Source: an uncultured Flavobacteriaceae bacterium (GTDB taxonomy: Bacteria > Bacteroidota > Bacteroidia > Flavobacteriales > Flavobacteriaceae). From it: a DNA stretch of 64,000 nucleotides. The position numbers were made by a program, and so were the translations under genes. The stretch lies in the NCBI GenBank assembly GCA_943789035.1, contig CALSSO010000007.1, forward strand, positions 109,319 through 173,318. The letters run 5' to 3'. Below, piece by piece: positions 50,842-60,241 of the stretch; the stretch's first letter is position 1; each line of letters opens with the position of its first letter. The notes below the pieces were generated by a model. It saw only the letters and a program-made list of their open reading frames with translations. It had not been told where the DNA came from and did no database searches.

Positions 50842-51831
50842 ATGAAAATTCTATCTAAACTTATTACTTTTATAGCTCTGTGTTGTGTATGCAGCACTGC
50901 TCAAGCACAATATACCGATGTTATAAACTCGAATCGACCAGGCGCCTCCCAAAGTGCGTTTTCTGTGGGAACCAAAGTATTACAGTTTGAAGTCGGTCCG
51001 TATATGATTAAAGAAAAACGAGAACTTTATCCAAAGTACGAAGTTTCTGGATATGGGGTTGATTTTGCAGCCCATTATGGTTTTTGGAAAGAAGCTCTAG
51101 AATTAAATATCCAAGGGACGTTTCAAAAAGATACACAAACCTATCCCTCCTCGATTGTGGATGTAGAGTATGGTCGTGCAAACTTTAAAAACCTCAATAT
51201 TGGAGCAAAATATTTGGTGTATGACCCTCATAAAAACAAAGACAATAAACCAAACTTGTATAGCTACCATGCTAATAGAGGTTTTAAATGGAGTAGTTTG
51301 ATTCCCGCCGTATCTGTAATTGCTGGTGTGAATTATGACACTAAAGACAATCCATATACAGCTCCAACTGTTGAAGGACTTAGTTATCGTGGAGGTTTAA
51401 TTACACAAAACAATTTTAATGGAGGTTGGGTCTTTATTACAAATTTTATAATGGACCGCATTGGAAGTGACCAAACAGATTTTCATTACATTCTTACACT
51501 GACACACTCCTTCAATCCAAAATGGGTAGTTTTTGGAGAAACACAAGGCATAAAAAGTGAGTTTTACGCAGATAATTTGCTTCGATTTGGAGGCGGTTAT
51601 TTACTGAATAAGAATTTACAATTTGATACGGCTTTGACATTTAATACCAAAAACACACCATCCGTTTTAAGTTTAAGTTTTGGTGCATCGTACCGATTAG
51701 ATCGCCATAAGGATAAAAACAACGTTGATAACGGGACTTCTGCAAAAGACCAAGAGAAACGAAAATCGCGCTTCAAAAATGAAGATAAAAGAAAAAAGAA
51801 GAAGAGAAGTACTAATTTTGAAGAGGACTAG
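50842..51831 (+). CDS. Putative outer-membrane beta-barrel ('transporter', MetA-pathway-like)
   Basis: Signal peptide; INSNRPG...VG...LQFE; alternating beta-strands ending SFGASYR. Confidence 0.7.
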   Translation: MKILSKLITFIALCCVCSTAQAQYTDVINSNRPGASQSAFSVGTKVLQFEVGPYMIKEKRELYPKYEVSGYGVDFAAHYGFWKEALELNIQGTFQKDTQTYPSSIVDVEYGRANFKNLNIGAKYLVYDPHKNKDNKPNLYSYHANRGFKWSSLIPAVSVIAGVNYDTKDNPYTAPTVEGLSYRGGLITQNNFNGGWVFITNFIMDRIGSDQTDFHYILTLTHSFNPKWVVFGETQGIKSEFYADNLLRFGGGYLLNKNLQFDTALTFNTKNTPSVLSLSFGASYRLDRHKDKNNVDNGTSAKDQEKRKSRFKNEDKRKKKKRSTNFEED

Positions 51832-51837
51832 AACAGC

Positions 51838-52953
51838 ATGATTACCATTAAAGAAGCGGTTTCCAAAAAGGAGATAAAACAATTTGTGACATTCCCTTTT
51901 TCACTCTATAAAGACTCCAAGTATTGGGTTCCCCCAATCATTAGCGAAGAGATTAAAATATTTAATAAAAACACCAACCCTGTACTCCAAAATGCGGATG
52001 CTCAATTGTTTCTAGCTTATAAAAACAATACGATTGTAGGGCGTGTTGCCGCCATTATTAATTGGACAGAAATTGGACCTAAAGGCAGTAATAAAGTTCG
52101 ATTTGGGTGGATGGATATGATTGATGACATAGAAGTCACAAAAGCTTTATTGGACACTGTAGAGTCCATTGGAAAAGCGAATAACTTAAACTATATGGAA
52201 GGGCCAATTGGGTTTTCTAACTTAGATAAGGTAGGTGTTCTTACCTATGGCTATGACGAGATTGGTACCATGGTTTCTTGGCACAACCATCCCTACTATG
52301 TGGAGCACTTAAATCAATTAAATTTCAAAGTTGAAAAAGAATACCTAGAACACAAACATCAGTTTAGTGATATTGAAATTGAAAATTCTAATCTACTTGA
52401 AAAGGTTATTAAAGAGCGTTACAACTTAAAGGCTTTAAATTTTACGAGCACAAAAGATCTGATGCCGTATGCAGATAAAATGTTTGATTTATTTAATGAA
52501 AGTTATGCATCCTTGTCGTCATTTGTGGCAATTACAGACATTCAAAAAGCATTTTTAAAGAAGAAGTTTTTAAACTTCATAAACCCAGAATACATTAAGT
52601 TTGTGGTAAATGAGGCCGATGAATTAATTGCTTTTGGGGTTGTAATGCCTTCTTTTGCAGAAGCCTTACAAAAAACAAAAGGTAAGTTATTTCCTTTTGG
52701 GTTTTTGCATATTTTAAAAGCTAAGAACTCAAAAAAAATAAATTTTTATTTAATTGGCATCCATCCTGAATATCAAAAAAAGGGCGTCCATTCCATCCTA
52801 TTTAGTGCATTTCATAAAACTTTTAAAGAGAAAGGAATTCTAGAATGTCGAAGAACTCCAGAATTGGCAAATAACTTAGCAGTTCAAAAATTATGGCGCA
52901 ATTTTAATCCTGTATTGATTAAAAAACGATGTACGTATCGAAAAGATTTGTAG
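51838..52953 (+). CDS. Tandem-GNAT N-acyltransferase, bacterial ceramide-synthase-like
   Basis: FPFSLYK...WVPP, VGRVAA, RFGW, GPIGF, HNHPYY and IGIHPEYQKKG (GNAT motif A). Confidence 0.7.
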   Translation: MITIKEAVSKKEIKQFVTFPFSLYKDSKYWVPPIISEEIKIFNKNTNPVLQNADAQLFLAYKNNTIVGRVAAIINWTEIGPKGSNKVRFGWMDMIDDIEVTKALLDTVESIGKANNLNYMEGPIGFSNLDKVGVLTYGYDEIGTMVSWHNHPYYVEHLNQLNFKVEKEYLEHKHQFSDIEIENSNLLEKVIKERYNLKALNFTSTKDLMPYADKMFDLFNESYASLSSFVAITDIQKAFLKKKFLNFINPEYIKFVVNEADELIAFGVVMPSFAEALQKTKGKLFPFGFLHILKAKNSKKINFYLIGIHPEYQKKGVHSILFSAFHKTFKEKGILECRRTPELANNLAVQKLWRNFNPVLIKKRCTYRKDL

Positions 52954-52955
52954 AA

Positions 52956-54218
52956 CTACTCACCCATTGCAGCTGCAACAGAAGCCGAAAGACGCTTATA
53001 AACTCCTTTTCCTAAGCGTTCTCTAATCACTGAAAATGCTTTTAACGTTTCGTCCACATCTTCTAACGTATGCATAGAGGTTGGTATTAACCTCAGCAAT
53101 ATTAAGCCCTTAGGAATAACAGGATACACTACTATTGAACAGAAAATTCCATAATTTTCACGAAGGTCTTTTACCAAGGCCATCGCTTCAGGAATACTTC
53201 CTTTTAAGTACACAGGAGTTACACAACTTTGGGTGGATCCTAGGTCGAATCCTCTCTCGCGTAATCCCGATTGCAATGCATTTACAATCTTCCAAAGGTT
53301 TTCTTTAAGTTCAGGCATGGTACGAATCATATCCAAACGTTTAAGAGCGCCTTTTACCAACTGCATTTGCAAGGATTTTGCAAACATTTGTGAGCGTAAG
53401 TTATATTTTAAATAATCAATAATTTCTTGATCAGCAGCAATAAAAGCACCTGTACTTGCCATTGATTTGGCAAAGGTTGCAAAATACACATCAATCTCAT
53501 CTTGAACGCCTTGTTCCTGTCCTGCACCTGCTCCCGTTTTTCCAAGCGTTCCAAAACCATGTGCATCATCAACTAAAAATCTAAAATTAAATTTGTCCTT
53601 TAATGCTGCAATTTCTTTTAGCTTCCCTTGTTCGCCTCGCATTCCAAAAACACCTTCTGAAATCACTAAAATACCTCCACCAGTATGTTCGGCCATTTTA
53701 GTCGCACGTTCTAGGTTTTTTTCTAAGCTTTCAATATCGTTGTGTTTGTAAGTAAAACGTTTTCCCATGTGTAGCCGAACCCCATCAATAATACAAGCAT
53801 GCGAATCCACATCATAAACAATAATATCATCCTTTCCAACCAACGCATCAATTGTGGACATGATTCCTTGATAACCAAAATTTAAGAGATAAGTCGCTTC
53901 TTTACTTACAAATTCTGCTAATTCGTTTTGTAATTGTTCATGTAGTGAGGTATGACCAGACATCATTCGAGCGCCCATTGGATAGGCAGCCCCGTAATCA
54001 TTGGCAGCTTCGGCATCGACTTTTCTAACTTCAGGATGATTTGCAAGTCCTAAATAGTCATTTATACTCCATGTGATGACGTCCTTACCTTGAAATTTCA
54101 TGCGGTTGGAAATCTGACCTTCCAGTTTTGGAAACACAAAATAACCTTCTGCTTGGCTTGCCCATTTACCTAAAGGGCCTTTGTCTTTATATATTTTTTC
54201 AAATAAATCTCTCATCAT
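52956..54218 (-). CDS. PLP alpha-oxoamine synthase; probable cysteate-fatty acyltransferase (SulA/CapB)
   Basis: NDYLGL, DDAH, TFAK251S and MFAK281S; downstream of a cysteine-synthase-like gene. Confidence 0.8.
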   Translation of the reverse strand: MMRDLFEKIYKDKGPLGKWASQAEGYFVFPKLEGQISNRMKFQGKDVITWSINDYLGLANHPEVRKVDAEAANDYGAAYPMGARMMSGHTSLHEQLQNELAEFVSKEATYLLNFGYQGIMSTIDALVGKDDIIVYDVDSHACIIDGVRLHMGKRFTYKHNDIESLEKNLERATKMAEHTGGGILVISEGVFGMRGEQGKLKEIAALKDKFNFRFLVDDAHGFGTLGKTGAGAGQEQGVQDEIDVYFATFAKSMASTGAFIAADQEIIDYLKYNLRSQMFAKSLQMQLVKGALKRLDMIRTMPELKENLWKIVNALQSGLRERGFDLGSTQSCVTPVYLKGSIPEAMALVKDLRENYGIFCSIVVYPVIPKGLILLRLIPTSMHTLEDVDETLKAFSVIRERLGKGVYKRLSASVAAAMGE

Positions 54219-54339
54219 AATTCCTAGTTAGTTTGCGATACAAAACTATATAATAATATTCTTAATACATAATAATTTAAGCAATTAATCAGAAACGAAT
54301 ATTGTGTTGATGATTTGGTATTAGAAATTTGAGAGTGAT

Positions 54340-55388
54340 TTACTTAATAAATTCAATGCCTTGTGGCAGCGACTTCATTTCTTTTATCAAAAAAACCTTG
54401 GTCTTCCATCCATTGGTCATTAAATACTTTACTCATGTAGCGTGATCCGTGATCTGGGAAAATTAAAACAACAACATCCGTAGGTTTAAAAGCACCTTGT
54501 TGCTTGAAGTTGTTTTACGGCCTGAACAACCGCTCCGGATGTATAACCTGCAAACAAACCTTCTGTTTGCGCCAGCTCTCGAGCAGTATGCGCGCTTTCT
54601 TCGTCCGTTACCTTGATAAATTCGTCGATTGAATCAAAATCGGTAGCTGTAGGAATTAAATTTTTCCCAAGTCCTTCAATACGGTAGGGATATATTTCAT
54701 TGGGATCAAACTCTCGTGGTTTCGTGGTATTTTTTCAGAACCGAACCATAAGCATCTACTCCTATGATTTTAATATCTGGATTTTGTTCTTTTAAATATT
54801 TTGCAGCCCCTGAGATGGTTCCTCCAGTTCCGCTACATGCAACCAAATGCGTGATCTTACCTTGCGGTCTGCTGCCATAACTCTGGCCCTGTAGTTTTGT
54901 AATGTGCCTCTGTATTTAAACTATTAAAGTATTGGTTTATATATACTGAGCCTTTAATTTCTTTGTGCAAACGTTTGGCGACTTCGTAATAGGAACGGGG
55001 GTCATCTGCATTTACATGTGCCGGGCATACATATACTTTTGCTCCCATACTCTTGAGCATGTCAATTTTATCTAAAGATGATTTTGAACTGACCGCTAAT
55101 ACACATTTGTACCCTTTAATGATGCTGACCATTGCAATACTAAAACCCGTGTTACCAGAAGTTGTTTCAATAATCGTATCTCCTGGTTTTAGAATGCCTT
55201 TCTTTTCAGCCTCTTCAATAATATGAAGCGCAATACGGTCTTTAGAGGATTGTCCTGGATTGAAAGCATTCTAACTTGGCTATGAACGTCCCCGGAGAAC
55301 CCGACAAGATGGTACTTAACTTCACTAGAGGCGTGTTCCCAACGAGCTCCAATACATTATCAAATATCAATTTATCTTTATTTACCAA
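54340..55388 (-). pseudogene. PLP cysteine-synthase-family gene (probable cysteate synthase, CapA-like) broken by single-base insertions
   Basis: Reassembles as [46 protein letters not shown] (~347 aa) after removing bases near 55268, 54862, 54717, 54506 and probably 54382. Likely sequencing errors. Confidence 0.8.
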
Positions 55389-55432
55389 ATTTGTGATTTT
55401 TGTGTGACAAATTTACACTATTTTTTTCAAAC

Positions 55433-57565
55433 CTATTTTATAATGGATTCTAGATCCAATAAAAAAGCATACTCCGCAGCCACTTCTTTCAAGGCTTCAA
55501 AACGTCCAGAAGCACCGCCATGACCTGCCTCCATATTGGTTTTAAGATAGAGTTGAGATGTGTTTTTGTTTTGAGATCGTAAGCGTGCAACCCATTTGGC
55601 TGGCTCCCAATATTGAACTTGGGAATCGTGAAGTCCCGTAGTTACTAACATATTTGGGTAGAGCTTATTGGTGACATTGTCATAGGGCGAATACGATTTC
55701 ATGTACTCATAATAGTCTTTTTCATTTGGGTTCCCCCATTCATCATATTCTCCTGTAGTAAGCGGAATACTATCGTCCAACATAGTTGTTACCACATCCA
55801 CAAAAGGAACCTGAGCAACCACTCCATTGTATAATTCAGGAGCTAAATTTACAACTGCTCCCATTAATAAACCACCTGCACTGCCACCCATAGCATACTG
55901 ATGCTTGGCAGTAGTGTACTTATTTTCAATCAAATATTTTGAACAATCTACAAAATCTGAAAAGGTATTTTTCTTGTTAAATAATTTTCCATCTTCATAC
56001 CATTGACGGCCCAAATATTCGCCCCCTCTAATATGAGCAATTGCAAAAATAAAACCACGATCTAATAGACTCAGTCGAACCGTTGAAAAATAAGGATCTA
56101 TTGTGTTTCCGTACGAACCATACGCATACAATAACAATGGAGTTTCGGACGATTTTTCAGTATCCACATGGCGTATCAATGAAATAGGGATTTGAGTTCC
56201 ATCCGCAGCCGTTGCCCATAAGCGTTCTGAAGTGTAGTTTTCTTTTTTAAATTTACCTCCTAATACTTCTTGTTCTTTTTTGATGGTTTTTGTCTTAGTA
56301 ACCATATCGAAGTCAATTATAGATGATGGAGTTGTTAAAGACTGATAGCCATATCTTAAAACGCTGGTATCAAAATCAATATTAGTGGTGGTATAAGCCG
56401 TATAGGTTTCACTCTCAAAAGGAAGGTAATAACTGCCTGATCCATCCCAACGTTTTATGTGGATTTGATTCAGGCCATTTTCACGTTCCGAAACCACCAA
56501 AAAGTCTTTAAATATTTCGATGTCTTCAAGTAATACATTTTCTCGGTGTGGAATTACATCGTTCCAGTATTTTTTTTGAGTTTGAGTTTCAGAAGTTTTA
56601 GAGAGTTTAAAATTTTGAGCCCTATCGGCATTAGAAACGATATAAAATGAATCTTCGTAATGTGAAATACTATACTCTAAACCGCGTGTTCTGGGTTGAA
56701 ATACTTTAAAATCACCATCGGGAGTGTTGGCATTTAAAATTTGATATTCAGTCGTTAAGGTGCTGTAACTCACAATAACTAGATATTTTTTAGACTTGGT
56801 TTTATAAACGCTCACTCCAAAAGTATCATCAGTTTCTTCATAAATTAATTCATCTGATTTTTGATCGGTATTCAGTCGGTGTTTGTAAATTGCTTCCGAT
56901 CGTAAGGTTGTTTCATCTTTCTTTGTATAAAACAGAGTTTTATTGTCATTTGCCCACGTACTCCCCCCTGTCGTATTTGAAATCTCATCCTTTAAAACTG
57001 TATTGGTTTTAAGGTCTTTAATATGCAATGTGTATTGACGTCTGCCTGTGGTGTCTATGCCATAAGAAACCAAATCATTATTGAGGTTTATGTTCAACCC
57101 TACCAATCTAAAATATGAATGATCTTTAGCCATTTCATTACAATCAAACAAAAGTTCTTCCTCTGCTTCTAAGGTTTCCTTTTTTCGAGTGTAGATGGGA
57201 TAATCTTTCCCTTTTTCATATTTGGTGATGTACCAATACCCATTGTACTTATAAGGAACAGAACTGTCATCTTCTTTGATTCTTGACTTCATTTCTTCAA
57301 ATAAAGATATCTGAAACTCCTTTGTGTGCGTCGTATGGGCATTATAATAATCATTTTCTTTGTTGAGATAATCAATCACTTCCGGATTTTCTCTATCGTT
57401 TAACCAATAAAATTCATCAACACGTACATCGTCATGAATTGTTAAATTTTTAGGAATTTGTTTTGCTAATGGAGCGTTTGGTAATTCAGACATTGAGTTT
57501 TGAGTCTTAGTATCACAAGAAAAAAGTGAACTTATTAAAATGAGAGATAAGAATTGGCGTTTCAT
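55433..57565 (-). CDS. ptrB: Oligopeptidase B (S9A), lipoprotein
   Basis: YGSYG, GGSAGG, HDSQV and AGHGG motifs; lipobox LFSC. Confidence 0.92.
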   Translation of the reverse strand: MKRQFLSLILISSLFSCDTKTQNSMSELPNAPLAKQIPKNLTIHDDVRVDEFYWLNDRENPEVIDYLNKENDYYNAHTTHTKEFQISLFEEMKSRIKEDDSSVPYKYNGYWYITKYEKGKDYPIYTRKKETLEAEEELLFDCNEMAKDHSYFRLVGLNINLNNDLVSYGIDTTGRRQYTLHIKDLKTNTVLKDEISNTTGGSTWANDNKTLFYTKKDETTLRSEAIYKHRLNTDQKSDELIYEETDDTFGVSVYKTKSKKYLVIVSYSTLTTEYQILNANTPDGDFKVFQPRTRGLEYSISHYEDSFYIVSNADRAQNFKLSKTSETQTQKKYWNDVIPHRENVLLEDIEIFKDFLVVSERENGLNQIHIKRWDGSGSYYLPFESETYTAYTTTNIDFDTSVLRYGYQSLTTPSSIIDFDMVTKTKTIKKEQEVLGGKFKKENYTSERLWATAADGTQIPISLIRHVDTEKSSETPLLLYAYGSYGNTIDPYFSTVRLSLLDRGFIFAIAHIRGGEYLGRQWYEDGKLFNKKNTFSDFVDCSKYLIENKYTTAKHQYAMGGSAGGLLMGAVVNLAPELYNGVVAQVPFVDVVTTMLDDSIPLTTGEYDEWGNPNEKDYYEYMKSYSPYDNVTNKLYPNMLVTTGLHDSQVQYWEPAKWVARLRSQNKNTSQLYLKTNMEAGHGGASGRFEALKEVAAEYAFLLDLESIIK

Positions 57566-57614
57566 AACGGAGTAAATTAGGGGTTTTGAGGTTCTAAACT
57601 TACAAAAAAAATTA

Positions 57615-58631
57615 TTATTTGCTTAAGATTTCTAAAAGATTAGTGTGCATTTCATCGGTATAATCTAAATGCGTCACCATTCTCAACTTACCACTTCCCA
57701 TATCACTTACAAGTATATCATGTGCTTTTAAATTATCTAAGAACAAGGTTTCAGGAAAGTTTGGGTTTAATTTAAAAATGACAATGTTTGTTTCTACGGG
57801 TTCAACACTTGCAACAGCTTCCAATTGCTGCAAAACTGCGGCAATTTCTTTCGCTTTTTGGTGGTCTTCTTTAAGGCGATCGTAGTGGTGGTCTAATGCA
57901 TAGGAAGCTGCTGCTGCGAGCGATCCTATTTGACGCATGCCACCGCCCAACATTTTTCGAATGCGTAAGGCGTTGTTCATCAATGCTTCATCTCCAACCA
58001 ACATAGAACCCACAGGGGCACCCAATCCTTTGCTAAAACATACAGAAATCGTATCAAATACAGCCCCATACTGAAGTGCTGTTTCAGATTTTGCAATGAG
58101 AGCATTCCACAAACGAGCACCGTCTAAATGAAACCCTAAATCATGGGCATCACAAACCGTACGAATGTTTTTAATTTCATCAAAATCCCAGCAAGCGCCT
58201 CCTCCTTTATTAGTGGTATTTTCCAAGGTCACTAAAGAAGTTAATGGGCTGTGATAAAAATCGGGCGGATTAATGGCGGTTTCTACTTGTGTTGCAGTCA
58301 TCATACCACGATGTCCATCTACAAGCTGACAGGACACGCCACTATTGAAAGAGACGCCTCCACCTTCATAATTGTAAACATGGGCATACTTATCACATAT
58401 CAATTGCTCCCCAGGTTGTGTATGAAGCTTAATAGCCGTTTGATTTGCCATGGTTCCAGAAGGAAAAAACAAGGCTTTTGGTTTTCCAAAAAGGGTTGCA
58501 ACTCGGTCTTCTAAGGCATTCATCGTCGGATCTTCAGCGTAAACATCATCGCCTAGCTTGGCCGTCATCATGGCGTCCAACATCCCTTTAGATGGTCTTG
58601 TAACGGTATCGCTTCTTAAATCTATTTGCAT
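57615..58631 (-). CDS. ltaE: Low-specificity L-threonine aldolase
   Basis: DLRSDTVT, SGTMAN, HLDGAR and SKGLGAP motifs. Confidence 0.92.
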   Translation of the reverse strand: MQIDLRSDTVTRPSKGMLDAMMTAKLGDDVYAEDPTMNALEDRVATLFGKPKALFFPSGTMANQTAIKLHTQPGEQLICDKYAHVYNYEGGGVSFNSGVSCQLVDGHRGMMTATQVETAINPPDFYHSPLTSLVTLENTTNKGGGACWDFDEIKNIRTVCDAHDLGFHLDGARLWNALIAKSETALQYGAVFDTISVCFSKGLGAPVGSMLVGDEALMNNALRIRKMLGGGMRQIGSLAAAASYALDHHYDRLKEDHQKAKEIAAVLQQLEAVASVEPVETNIVIFKLNPNFPETLFLDNLKAHDILVSDMGSGKLRMVTHLDYTDEMHTNLLEILSK

Positions 58632-58711
58632 GCAATTTATTTTGGATATAAAACTACATATTATTTTAATTCTATGCTATAAATTCTATTTTTGTATTTC
58701 GAATTAAAATT

Positions 58712-59819
58712 ATGATAACACACGATCACATTAAAGATCTTTTTGAGCGCCTTGGAGCGTTAAGGAGGTATCTTTGACTTAGATGCCAAACGCATCGAAA
58801 TTCAAAATGAAGAAGAAAAAACCTTTTCGCCTGATTTTTGGAACGATTCGAAGGCCGCTGAATTACTCATGAAATCGTTACGAGTCAATAAGAAATGGGT
58901 AATCGATTTCGAAAAAGCACAAACCTACAACGAAGATTTAGAAATTTTATTTGATTTTTATAAAGAGGGCGAAACAACAGCTGAAGAAGTTGAAACACAA
59001 TTTGAGCTTGCTTCCAATTTTTTAGAAGATCTTGAATTCAGAAATATGCTTTCTGAGGACGGGGATGGACTCAGTGCTGTATTACAAATTACTGCGGGTG
59101 CTGGAGGTACCGAAAGTTGTGATTGGGCGAGTATGCTCATGCGGATGTACATCATGTATGCCGAGAAAAATAATTTTAAAATCAAAGAGCTCAACCTTCA
59201 AGATGGCGATGTGGCAGGAATCAAAACCGTGACACTTCAAATTGAGGGAGATTTTGCTTTTGGATGGCTTAAAGGAGAAAACGGCGTACATCGTTTGGTG
59301 CGAATCTCTCCTTTTGATAGCAATGCCAAGCGGCATACAAGTTTTGCGTCTGTTTATGTCTATCCGCTTGTGGACGATACCATTGAAATCGATATCAACC
59401 CAGCGGATATTGAAATTACTACGGCACGTTCGAGCGGCGCTGGGGGACAAAACGTGAATAAGGTTGAAACAAAAGTACAATTAACTCACAAACCTTCTGG
59501 GATTCAAATTTCATGTTCTGAAACACGCTCACAACATGACAACCGATCAAGAGCAATGCAAATGCTAAAATCGCAATTGTATGAAATTGAACTCAAAAAA
59601 CAATTGGCACAGCGCGAAGATATTGAAGCAGGTAAAATGAAAATTGAATGGGGAAGTCAAATCCGGAATTATGTTATGCATCCCTACAAACTTGTAAAAG
59701 ATGTACGAACGGCAGAAGAAACTGGCAATGTTGATAATGTAATGAATGGAGAAATTACTCCTTTCCTAAAAGCCTATCTAATGCTTATGGGGCAAAAAGA
59801 AAAACAAGAGACCTTATGA
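58712..59819 (+). CDS. prfB: Peptide chain release factor 2 with programmed +1 frameshift
   Basis: [21 protein letters not shown], then AGGAGG-TAT-CTT-TGA-C (58763-58778). The +1 frame joins the ORF carrying SPF and GGQ motifs. Confidence 0.97.
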
Positions 59820-60157
59820 TAATAATTTACCACAACAACCGCTGTCGCAAATCACGTGAAGGACTTCAAACCGTTCAAGCGTCTGAATTACCCTATGAAG
59901 TTATTGACTATATTTCCAACCCTCTGAATGAAAAAGAACTCGAGCAAATCATTACAATCTTGGGAATCGCACCCATTGATCTTGTGCGAAAAAATGAAGC
60001 GATTTGGAAGTCAGATTTCAAAGGTAGGGAATTGTCAGACAGAGAATTAATTAAGGCCATGGCAACCCATCCAAAACTCATAGAACGCCCTATTGTGATC
60101 CATAAAAATAAAGGCGTTATTGGACGCCCTAAAGAAAGAATTCTTGATATTCTTTGA
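59816..60157 (+). CDS. arsC: ArsC/Spx-family arsenate reductase-like protein
   Basis: [17 protein letters not shown] and GRP motifs. Confidence 0.82.
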   Translation: MIIIYHNNRCRKSREGLQTVQASELPYEVIDYISNPLNEKELEQIITILGIAPIDLVRKNEAIWKSDFKGRELSDRELIKAMATHPKLIERPIVIHKNKGVIGRPKERILDIL

Positions 60158-60241
60158 CATTCGCTGCCCTCTTTTTATTTAACACAATATTAACCAAAAC
60201 AAACCATTTTGCAAGTTACTTTTGGGCACAAGTTTTAACCA

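Noticed and set aside
51838-52953. GTP cyclohydrolase label
   Set aside because: No FolE or RibA zinc motifs; GNAT motifs are present instead.
52956-54218. bioF, kbl or serine palmitoyltransferase
   Set aside because: K281 in FAKS and the adjacent cysteine-synthase-like gene favour a cysteate acyltransferase; no bio genes nearby.
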